The notes under the pieces: generated by a model
Database searches by the model: none
What the model was told of the DNA's origin: nothing
Seen by the model: the letters and a program-made list of their open reading frames with translations, nothing else
Made by a program: the position numbers and the translations under genes
Assembly: GCF_006345805.1 (NCBI RefSeq)
Contig: NC_043000.1
Span: 4,960,001 to 5,024,000, forward strand
DNA from: Octopus sinensis
Lineage: Eukaryota
Length of the DNA stretch: 64,000 nt
Direction: 5' to 3'
Part shown: one piece after another, positions 37,336-48,395 of the stretch
Position numbering within the stretch: the stretch's first letter is position 1
Layout: the number at the start of each line of letters is the position of its first letter

Positions 37336-38137
37336 CTAGTGATTGCTATATCAGCTTTCTGTAATGCTATCTGTGCAGCTCTTTGTGCAGAAACAAGTGC
37401 GTTATCCACACGCTCACGAAGTTTAGAGGTCCGTATCAAAAAAAGTTTATTTTTCTTCCCAGAAGATATCAAAATATTATTTTTATATTTTCCTTCTTCC
37501 CTGGCGCCATCTTTAAAAGTGGTGACCCCATATCCATATTTTTTGTTATTATACCATTCCCCTTCATACTTGAGGCCATCTGATCGCTCACTGATACCGA
37601 AACCAGACCGTTTGTCGTTCTTCCACTCCCCCATATAGCTTTCTGTTACATTGATGTCTGTGATATCGTCCTGACTCACAAAGCTTAGATTGCTATCTGT
37701 GTACATCGATGTGTTGGTCATTCCAGACTGTGTGGAGTCAGCACTAACATGGCTAATGTTGCTGATGGTGCTACGAACGGATCCGCTTTGACGCTTCGGA
37801 GAATCATTTATATCACCAGTACTTTTCTGTTTTTTCAGTTTCAGGCCAGACATGAGAGTCTTGCGCAAACTGTATTTTCCTTGCTTGTCAAAGATGGAAC
37901 GTCGAGGCTGAGTTGGGGTCTCATCACTTCGAGCTTTCAACACAAACCCGCCACGGCTCTCATCGAGCTTACGATCCCGATTTTTGACAACCTGCTCATC
38001 TTCGTTCTCACTTCTTAAGGACGTTAGGGATGCTCGTAAGGCCTTGGGACGGTAATGTGAGGCCAGTCCATAAGGTACGCTCTGCCTCACACCATAACCA
38101 TGCCGAGTGCCTCTTTGCCATTGGCCTTGATATGTAC
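37336..38137 (-). CDS. JPH: Junctophilin internal exon (802 bp): end of the first MORN cluster, joining region, MORN VII-VIII, start of the alpha-helical domain
   Basis: Acceptor tttctgcag at 38138-38146 and donor gtaag at 37331-37335. Translation (G)TYQGQWQRGTRHGYGVRQSVPYG...YMGEWKNDKRSGFGISERSDGLKYEGEWYNNKKYGYGVTTFKDGAREEGKYKNN...AQRAAQIALQKADIAITR matches junctophilin hallmark motifs. Phase 1 start, phase 2 end. Confidence 0.96.
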
Positions 38138-38202
38138 CTGCAGAAATGAGAAGAAAAGAGCAAATTTAATAAAGTGTTTATTTTTTTACATTGCAAAAAA
38201 CA

Positions 38203-38238
<36 letters not shown>

Positions 38239-38366
38239 AAATTATTACATTATATAAAAGGGCTTAGTAAAATAATTACTTTGCCGCATACTGAACTCAT
38301 TAGAATGAGTTCAGTATGCGGCAAAGTATTTATTTTACTAAGCCCTTTTATATAATGTAATAATTT
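38239..38366. repeat. 128-bp near-perfect palindrome (63-bp arms, 2-nt spacer, 1 mismatch)
   Basis: Arm 38239-38301 is the reverse complement of 38304-38366 except gtaatt/gtattt. Confidence 0.95.
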
Positions 38367-38619
38367 GAATTCGCCTTAAATGGTCCCTTTGCATACTGAA
38401 TACTTGGTGAAATTGATTAATTAATTAATTTTACCCTCAATTGTTGAAATTATATATATATATATATATGAGTGTGTGGTAAAAAATTTGTTTCCCAACT
38501 ACATGGTTCCAGCTTCAGTCCCACTGTGGGGCACCTTGGGCAAGGGTCTTCTACTATAGCCTCGGGCTGCCCAAAGCCTCGAAAGAGGATTTGGTAGATG
38601 GAAACTAAAAGAAGCCTGT

Positions 38620-38666
38620 CGTATATATATATATACATATATATATGTATGTATATATATGTATAT

Positions 38667-38697
<31 letters not shown>

Positions 38698-38716
38698 GTA
38701 TATATATATGTATATG

Positions 38717-38770
<54 letters not shown>

Positions 38771-38781
38771 ATATATGTATA

Positions 38782-38838
<57 letters not shown>

Positions 38839-38850
38839 ATATATATATAC

Positions 38851-38940
<90 letters not shown>
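38620..38940. repeat. Long (TA)n-rich microsatellite (representative; similar tracts at 340-600, 19075-19470, 36800-37170, 54220-54320, 61310-61505)
   Basis: Direct reading. Confidence 0.95.
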
Positions 38941-38942
<2 letters not shown>

Positions 38943-39441
38943 GTGGTTGTTGTATTGGGTGTGCTGCACACACCTAGCACACCTGGAATATATACCCCTG
39001 GATGACAGAAATATGGTAGCAAGAGATTTAAACTGAAAGATTAGAGTTATGTTCATGAGGGGTTAGAAGGAAGTTGCCACATATATGTGAATGTCTTGAA
39101 AGCCATGAATGGCTTCTGAAGGTAGGTATTTAGTTTTATGCAGAAAAAGTAAATTTTACTATGTGTATAATACCAGTCTGTTGTAAGACATCACTAGCTT
39201 GTGCATTACTCCAATGGAGCCTTGGCAAACACATTCTTCCTCTGTGAAAGAGTGGATGTGTTTATCTTGGTTTATCTTGGAGGAAAAGGTTACTGTGAAT
39301 GGTTTGTATGTTTTCACACCACAGTGCAGCCAAGTCTGAGAAAGAGAGATAGACAGAAGAGAGAGAGAGAGAGAAAGAGAGATAGTTAGATAGATATAGG
39401 GATAGAGAGAGATAGAAAGAGAGTGATAGATAGGTAGATAG

Positions 39442-39482
<41 letters not shown>

Positions 39483-39495
39483 TAGTTAGATAGAT

Positions 39496-39532
<37 letters not shown>

Positions 39533-39576
39533 CAGAAGAGAGAGAGAGAGAAAGAGAGATAGTTAGATAGATATAG

Positions 39577-39623
<47 letters not shown>

Positions 39624-39634
39624 TAGATAGGTAG

Positions 39635-39695
<61 letters not shown>

Positions 39696-41102
39696 GTGGA
39701 GAGGTGGAGAATCAACCTCAGAACTTGACAGGTACATTACATTACTGAACTCTGAAGAATGGAAAGCAAAGTTGACTTCCACAGGATTTGAATTCAGAAG
39801 ACAAAGAATTACAACAAACACTGCCAGGCAATTGTGTTGTGCTCCGGAAATTCTGCCAAATGTCCACTTTCTGTTGCGGGTAACATTTTAAAACAACTTA
39901 GCACCCATTTCTCAAAGCTGTCAATAGCATGAAAATTAAAGTGCGTTATCTCACTATATAACAAACTACCTTCAGTAAATTTAAACCCAGTATCCATGGA
40001 CTTGTACCCGACTATTTTTCATAGGTGTATACATAAAAAATATTCTCTCATTTTTTTAAAGAAGCAAAATATGATGTATGTTAGTGTACTGAGATGGAGA
40101 CAATCAAAATTAAGTGTTTCAGAGCTGAGGGGATCTCTCTGAAATGCTCAATATAGCATCTCTTTGTGACACAACAACGCATCACATTGTGCTTATTTTT
40201 ATTGAATTAATTCATACAAGCGACACTCACTCTCTCTTTCTTTCTCTCTCTCTCCCTAGTTTTGTTTGAATTTTACTAAGTATGTTTAGTTATTTCCTTG
40301 ACTGAAGCAATATTCAGTTAACTGCCAATATATTTTGGCTGCAAACTGAAATTGCTCTATACAGCGATTCAATTTTGTCAACAAAATATAAGCCATTCGT
40401 CATAATGTTTGCTAAATTTCTTATTTGAAAACTTCACTGTCACAAGTAATGAAACCAGATGTATAACATTTTTGTTTCATCTTTTATACGTCTATAATAA
40501 CAATAACAACAACCATTATGATGACCTCTGTTAAAAAGAGCTTTGAATGTTCAACCAACCCTACAATCAAACAACCGTCGTTACTGACACATGAATATTT
40601 GTTGCTTCATAAAGGCCCTATATTTATTTTAAAAGAGAATATAGTGGTTATAAGGTTAAATAACTGAAGTCGTTACATTGTGTTCCTGAACAAGTTATAT
40701 AACTCTACTTTTTCCGCTTGGTTAACTGACAAAAATCATATTCCATTTATGTTTCACTGTTGAGCAGGGACTTCCAGTAATGAAGAGATTACCTCTACAT
40801 AACTGCTTGACATGTTAGAAATAGAAGCTAAATCACCTTCAAATCATATGAGATTTGTACTTGGAACATAAAGGGAAGTAGTAACTAAATATTGCAATGT
40901 GTTTTGTTAGACTTTCAGCTAATTCTGCCATCTTTCTGCTCATTAATAATTATAATGGTTTCTGATTAAGTCACAAGGTCAGCTATCTTGAGGAGAAAGA
41001 GTTAGTATTTTAAGTACACTGTCCCCTAAAACACTTAGGGCCTAAGGGAGTCTTAGCTCACCCAAAACCTACAACTATTTGTAAAAAAGAAAAATATCTG
41101 TG

Positions 41103-41344
41103 CCCTTTTAAAGCCTAGCCAGGCTCATGGGTCAGGTCTCCTGGTTTCAATGGCGTATCTGTTCCCCAGCTGGATGGGACGCCAGTCCATCACAATGTTA
41201 CTAATTTTTGCCAGTTGAGTGGACTGGAGCAACGTGAAATGAAGTGTTTTGCTCAAGAATACAATGTGTCGCTCGGTCCAGGAATCAAAACAACAATCTC
41301 ACAATCATGATTCTGACACCCTAACCACTAAGCCATGTGCCTCC
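41103..41344 (-). mobile_element. tRNA-derived SINE family E (head and core like 63317, tail like 52581)
   Basis: Reverse complement gives ggaggcacatggcttagtggttaggg head, ttcttgagcaaaacacttcatttcacgttgctccagtccactc core and ggctaggctttaaaaggg tail. Confidence 0.8.
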
Positions 41345-41799
41345 ACTACAGCTATTTGTACCAACACAATAAGGTTCTCAAAATAAAGGAATTCAGTAAA
41401 ATTATAACAATTCTAAAGCTCAAGTGTATAAATTTCATACAAACCTATCACCCTCCAAAAAGGGAGGTCAAAAGCTTGCATGACCCACATACTCAAACCT
41501 CTACACTCACCTACAACACAGGTTACAAAGCCGACACAGCAAAACATATGATGGCTTCAACAACAGCAATACCTCACATACATTCAGCAAGTCTTTTGAA
41601 CCTATTCTTCACTATCCACTCATACAAATAAATAAATAAAACCCTCAGCATCATGTTAAGAAACTGCACAAGATACTGCATAGTGAATTATCTGTCAGGA
41701 GAGCTAGCCTATCTAACATGCAAGAACTGCATTTTCAGAACCTGTGATTTTTTTCAAATGGATCATCACAGGGTTCTGTCCTCTCACCTGATTTTTTGT

Positions 41800-42180
41800 A
41801 ATCCTGTGCTTGAGGAGACCTATTGAGTCAAGTACATCAACATCAAAATAAATATCAAATGGAAATTGTAGTTGTGATACCTGTGTCAGTGGCACGTAAA
41901 AAGCACTGTCCGAACATGGCTGTTGCCAGCGCTGCCTTGATTGGCTTCTGTGCCGGTGGCATGTAAAAAGCACCAACTGATCATGGCTGCTGCCAGTGGC
42001 TCATAAAAAGCACCCACTACACTCATGGAGTGGTTGGCATTAGGAAGGGCATCCAACTGTAGAAACACTGCCAGATCAGACTGGAGCCTGGTGCAGCCAC
42101 CTGGCTTCCCAGACCCCGGTTGAACCATCCAACCCGTGCTAGCACAGAAAACGGACGTTAAACAATGATGATAATGATGA
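41800..42180 (+). mobile_element. RTE LINE 3' UTR fragment (family C)
   Basis: gaggagacctattgagtcaagt, subrepeats, conserved block, (GAT) tail. Confidence 0.85.
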
Positions 42181-43324
42181 TACCTCCAGACCTTCTTGTA
42201 TTTGTGGTTTTGTCTGACCCCACTATAATATCCTCAGATGTCTACTCACAATATTGTAATATCCAGTTTATATTTTACATAAACATTGCTTGTCCATTCT
42301 AGCAATGCCATTGGCTCCATGTGAACAGATTGACCAATACTTCTGAGTGACTCATGGCTCACATTGCCTCTGGATTATCATTAAATCAATGCTGTACCTG
42401 CAATGGACCACATTCCATTAATCCCTTGCTTGTTGCTATGCATTCTCTAACCCCATTAGCAGTTAATACACCCCTGCCAGATAGTGTCAACACCTGAGTA
42501 ACATATACATAAATATTAAGATTAATAAAGATTATCTAATTACTGTGTAAGTATGACATTAGTAACTAAATTATCCTACTCGTTAATCAGTTTGCTTCAT
42601 AATCACATGGTTCCAGGTTCAATACTACAACACAGAACCTTGAGCAAGTCTCTTCAATTATAATCTTAAGCCAACCAAAAGATTTTGTGTGCAATTCAAT
42701 AGATGGAAACTTATGCAGACACCTACTGGATGGTCTAAGAGAGCACAAATGGTATTATGAATAGGGTTGGTGATGCAGACAACCAGTCAAGAGGTTGTCA
42801 GTTCAAGTCGTGTCCAATGTACTGTTGTTTCAGTTGGTATGGCATGTAATTCTTAAAACGGCCCAGTCCACCTAGTGTAAATAGGTTGTGAATTTAATTA
42901 TTCTTGTAGAGTAAAATACCTGAACAGAAGGCAAGAGCAAGTTTATCTCTTGTACATATTGGCCTCCATTAGAATAATTCACAATATTTCATTCTCAAGC
43001 ATGCATATTTATATATGTGTGTGTGTATGATAGTGTGTATGTGTTTGTGTGTGTGTGTGTGCAAGTTAAAAATGTCTGAGCTAGCTCAACTAGATAGTTA
43101 TGTACACACAAACACATACCGTATATACTCATACTGTATATACTCTTATAGACAGATAGATAAAGATACAGATATCAATCTTTTAGTCATGTAAAGACAG
43201 AAAATGTAAACTCGTTTGGTTTACTCTCCTATTCAGTCTTAATGTAAATATTTGTTTCACTAAACAGTTTCTTTTTGTACTTATTAGACAAACACTTTCT
43301 GAAGAACTGTAAAATATTTTCTAC

Positions 43325-43750
43325 TGCAGGCACAAGGCACGAAATTTTTTGGGGAGAGTGGGGGGGCAATCGATTAGATCAATGCCAGTACACAACTAGT
43401 ACATAATTTAGCGAACCTGAAAGGAGGAAAGGCAAAATCTACTTAAGTGGAATTTGAACTCAGAACATAAAAACAGGTGAAATTCTGCTAAGTATTTCGC
43501 CAGGTGTGCTAACTTTTCTGCCAGTTTGCCACCTTCTTTTCTACTCTAGGCACAAGGCCCGAAATTTTTTTTTTTGGGGGGGACCAGTCAATTAGATCGA
43601 CCCCAGTACACAACCGGTACTTAATTTATCGACTCTGAAAAGATAGAAGGCAAAGTCGACCTCGGTGGAATTTGAACTCAGAACATAAAGGCAGATGAAA
43701 TACCACTAAGCATTTCACCCGGAGTGCTGACATTTCTGCCAGCTCACTAC
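43325..43750 (-). mobile_element. Two adjacent SINE family B copies
   Basis: aggcacaagg...gaaatt tails at ~43328 and ~43549, each followed by gaatttgaactcagaacataa. Confidence 0.8.
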
Positions 43751-45378
43751 TTTGAAGAACTATAAATTACACAAGTAAGTGTGGTTGTGTGGTAAGAAGC
43801 TTGCTTCCCAACAACATTTGTGTGGCACCTTGGGCAAGTGTCCTCTACTACAGCTAACCAAAGCCTTGTGAGTGGATTTGGTAGACAGAAACTGAAAGAA
43901 GCCTGTTGTGTGTGTGTGTGTCTGTGTGTGTGTGTGTGTATATGTGTGTTTGTGCTTGTCCCCCACCAATTGCCAACTGACTAGTATTATTAAGGTGCTG
44001 GGCTGGCAGAATCATTAGCATTTTGGATAATTTGCTTAGTGCATTTCCTCTGTCTTTACATTCTGAATTCAGATTTCACTGTGGTCTACTTTGCCTTTCA
44101 TCTTTTTAGGATTGATAAATTAAAGTACCAGTGAAATACTGGCACTGATATAATCAACTTACCCACTCTCTCAAATAAAAGAGCCTAAAATTTTAAATAG
44201 AAATAATGTTAAATTTAGCTTTAGCTGTATGCATAATTTTACAACTAAAATAGTACAAATCTCAAACATCCTTCTATATCTAAAATATTCTCCACTAATT
44301 TAATTGCTTTAATTCTATATATTGCCCATTCAATAATGCATGTCTTTTGAGATTGGTAGTTTACTATCCCAAAGTATTTACAGCAGATGTTTCAGTTCCT
44401 GAGGGTTAACTGAAAATAAATTTAAAGGGCAATTTAATCAGCATCTGCGTTCTTTTGAAATTCACAAAGATATTTAGGTATATGCTTATCAAAATACAGT
44501 AAGTATTTGAAACAATGTTAAGGGCTACAAAATTGTCTGGAATATATTACTACATGTCAGACTTTACAAACAGCCGACAACTGTGATCTTTGCCTTTGTT
44601 TCCCATGAAATTGGATATATAGTTTTGTAAATGTTCCATCTTGAACAAACGTTCAAAACTGATACTTTCTTTTGTAGTCAGAAATCAAAACAATTGTCAA
44701 ATGTTCTGAATCACCAAAACGACTGAAAACTGTATAACTGCAATAGTACAAACATCACGTTCTTAAAATAACAACAATCAAAATATTCCTTTGGTTAACA
44801 TGAATAAAAAAATTCCTTATTTTTTTTAAACTTGCCATATATCAAAAAGACAAGCAAGCCTTATAAAATAAATGCTATCTGTCTTTATACAATATAAAAC
44901 CATTTTGTCTTTATACAATACAAGGCTATCTGTCTTCTTACAATGAACAGACAGCCATATACAATAAAGTTCTGACTACATCATACAGTTTTGTACAGTT
45001 CACATACCTATTTCATGTGTTTTCTTTTTACATAATTTACACTACACGTAAGCACAAAGTTCCTTCATATATTAAATTGATTGCTCTAAAATTGGTAAGA
45101 CACGATGGAATCAATCAATATGATTCCACCATTAAAGTAGAATTCATAACTTATTCTTCATACTCTCACAGAGTTCGTTTCACAGCCAGTTTTTTTTGTA
45201 CACAGATGTGTATCACTTTTATTCATTGATTTTACACCAATTTCTCTATATTGGCATTGTTCAATGAATGTGTATTTGAGGCAGTGATCTTATCAAAGCC
45301 CTTTCCTATTTTACAAGTAAGGGAGTTTTTATTCCACTACTTCTAGAGTACACAGCCAGAGTTATAGGAAATGTGAAC

Positions 45379-45625
45379 TGTTATAACGTGGATCCTCGTT
45401 TACAATGTAATATTCTTGTTACCACTATTATGTTGTGGCGGTATTCCACATCTTGTTACATTTGACTTGTTTATTGTGCTACCACTGATAACTCTGCAAA
45501 ACAATGACTTGAAATATCTACCTTGACATAACTCACACTGACTCCAACTGAGAACTCCTACAATGACTCTACTACTACTGACCTCCTACATTGACTGACT
45601 GTCTGACTTTATAGTGGCTGTTACA
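45379..45625 (-). mobile_element. Possible solo LTR
   Basis: Minus strand TG...CA ends (tgtaaca...gttataaca), TATA-like ctataaaag and AATAAA in order; no target-site duplication found. Confidence 0.35.
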
Positions 45626-46097
45626 TACCATTTTGTCATGTGGGAAGGGGAGTATCATTTTCACTACAACATAAACACAACAACACCATTCTGTTTCACC
45701 CAGATATCTCGTTTAAGAAGTGCAAATAGCTTTCACTCATGCACACATATGTATTCTCACACACAGACACACACACTCAATGGGCTTCCATGCAGTTTCT
45801 ATCAACCAATTTAATTCACAAGGTATTGGGTGTCACAAGACAATAATAGAAGACATATATTCTAGATCCTGGGTAGTGGTACTGAATGTAGGATGACATG
45901 ATGGCAAAACAAACTTCTTGACCGTACAGCCATGACAGCACACATACATGTTTATCACTAGCCAGAAAAGTAATCTTTCAAAGTATATCTGTTTGTCTAT
46001 CTATCTAATAGTATATACATGTTTATATATGTGTGTGTGTGTATTATATATATATGTACATATAAGAGGGGATGACCACTAAGTGTACAACCATTAC

Positions 46098-46139
46098 AAG
46101 GAAACATTCTTCATTGAAAAATACAAGCCCAAACTTAAC
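46098..46139 (+). mobile_element. Possible Penelope-like GIY-YIG C-terminal remnant
   Basis: Translation KETFFIEKYKPKLN resembles the E..FI.K.KP.LN end of Penelope endonucleases; only 14 codons. Confidence 0.4.
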
Positions 46140-46481
46140 CATTCCAACATCTTATACAGAGAACTCAATCCAAAAGAAAGGCAAATAATTTTAAGCGATT
46201 ATCTCCATAAAACACCGGTTTATGCTGTTCAATAGAAATCACTTATTATCTAGATCACCGCTCAACGTAAACATAACGTTTTAAGAAATTTGAAAAGCTG
46301 AACGCGAACCAGTCATTTCTTCTTATACTATGTCATGTATGAAAAATTTATAACATTCTTCAGACATATTTACTCAAATATATATTTTTTAACCTTTTAA
46401 AACAAGCCTTCTGTAGTTTTTTCACTTGTTACTATTTTCTATATATTCAACCACGTGCTTTCACATACCAACTTTCTTACC

Positions 46482-46546
<65 letters not shown>

Positions 46547-46629
46547 CATATATGTATATGTAGGGTGTATATGTATGTATATATATATATATATAATATA
46601 TAATATATAGGGTGTATATGTATATGTTA

Positions 46630-46945
46630 GCAAGATACTTTGTCTTGCAAATTACTTGGTGACCCTGCCACTGCTGGTGCCATGTGAAAAGCTTCCAGTC
46701 AACACTTTGAAGAGGTTGGCATTTGGAAGGGCAACCAGCTGTAAAAACCAACCCAAAACTGACTTTGCCTGTGCTGGTGCTACGTATAAGCACTTGGTCC
46801 ACTCTGTGGGGTGATCAGTGTTAGGAAGGGCATCCTGCTGTAAAAACCATGCCAAAACAGACACAGTAGCCTGGTGTAGTCTTCTACCTGGCCAGCTCCT
46901 GTCAAACCAGCCAACCCATGCCATGGAGAAAGATATTAACTATGA
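46630..46945 (+). mobile_element. RTE 3' UTR fragment (subfamily of 32378-32700)
   Basis: Homologous to the reverse complement of 32390-32700; two gaagggca blocks. Confidence 0.8.
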
Positions 46946-47028
46946 TGAATGATATATTATAATGATATGATATATATAATATAATATACAATATACATAC
47001 ATATATATATATAATATATATATATTAT

Positions 47029-47422
47029 ACAGCTACAGTAAATCCACCCTAAGTGGCAAATATACATTATTGTCATGCAGTTAATGTTTATACTTCGTTC
47101 AGAGATTTATTATGCTTGTTTACACTTTTCAAGATCAGTGACGAAAGTCACTGGAAAAAGGGTATATGTATTTGCATTGGGACCCCTTTGCTTCGAAGAC
47201 CGGTGATTGTCGTGCGCTGACGATGGGTAAATACCCAGGAACCCAGGTCTGTACGTATCACGTCAGATCGACGATGGGAAGGATGGCTTCCCTTTGCAAA
47301 TACCGATAGGGCACAGAAAGTGTGTCAATAGCCAGCGAGAGAGGATGATCTCCTGGGGCTACAAGCCACATTAACATCCACCCTTAGTGGTTAGCCACAT
47401 TTAGATGGCAAATATACTTCAC
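47029..47422 (+). mobile_element. Hammerhead-containing element R2: ~352-bp unit with terminal redundancy, in (TA)n
   Basis: tggcaaatatac at 47054 and 47406, each preceded by atccaccct; CpG-rich structured core; non-coding. Confidence 0.7.
47211..47255 (+). ncRNA. Minimal type I hammerhead motif, decayed (A13 to G)
   Basis: CGUGCG | CUGACGA | UGGGU-aaau-ACCCA | GGAA (canonical GAAA) | C-ccag-G | UC | UGUACG. GUC triplet at 47247-47249; stem I 6 bp with two G-U pairs. Confidence 0.7.
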
Positions 47423-47985
47423 ATATATATATATATATTAATTAGATTGTAAGTTGATATCTACTGATATTTTAAAATCAGTAAAGTTAATATTTTTTTT
47501 AATAATTCAATTTTGAAAATCCATCTCTAATGAAACAAAGTAAGATTGCAAGCTTACAGACTTACTATTAATAAACATATTTCTACTAAGTTGAGTACTT
47601 AATGTAAATACATTGAATACTAACTGTAGCTTTTATTGGTAATACTATTACAGATTGTTTTACACACTTACATGCACTCTCACACATGTCTTCATCATCA
47701 TCATCATCATTGTCATCAACATCATCAATTTAATATCCACTTTTCCATGGGTAAGATGGCATTTACTGAGGCAGATTTGCTATGACCAGATGCCCTTCTT
47801 GCCTCCAGTTTTCACCTGCTTCTAAGTAAGGTAATATTTCTTCATGACTTGACATGTTTTTGCAGAACATTGGAAATGAATGACACTGCTTGTATGACAG
47901 TGACGCTCATTTACAACCATCACATGATGCCAATACAAGGAGATGCAAGCACACACACACATTCACTCTCACACTTACATACGAT

Positions 47986-48026
<41 letters not shown>

Positions 48027-48078
48027 GGTGCCCCAGCATGGCCACAGCTCGTGAGCTGAAACTAGAATCAATCAATCA

Positions 48079-48130
<52 letters not shown>

Positions 48131-48345
48131 TATGCATGTATATATATGTATGTATATATATATGTATGTATATATATATGTATTTGTATATATATATGTA
48201 TATATGTATGTATGTATGTATTCTGTGTATCTTGGTAAAAGATATTTTATTGTAGCTTTGCCTTAAACCAATCAATATGTTGTGAATGTAATTGGTAGAC
48301 TAAAACTGTATGGAAGTCTACAGTATGTGTTGTGTGTGCTTGTGT

Positions 48346-48395
<50 letters not shown>

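Noticed and set aside
38935-39000. Small hairpin aggggt...ggtgtgct/agcacacc...acccct
   Set aside because: Short and most likely a collapsed MITE remnant; single copy in the window.
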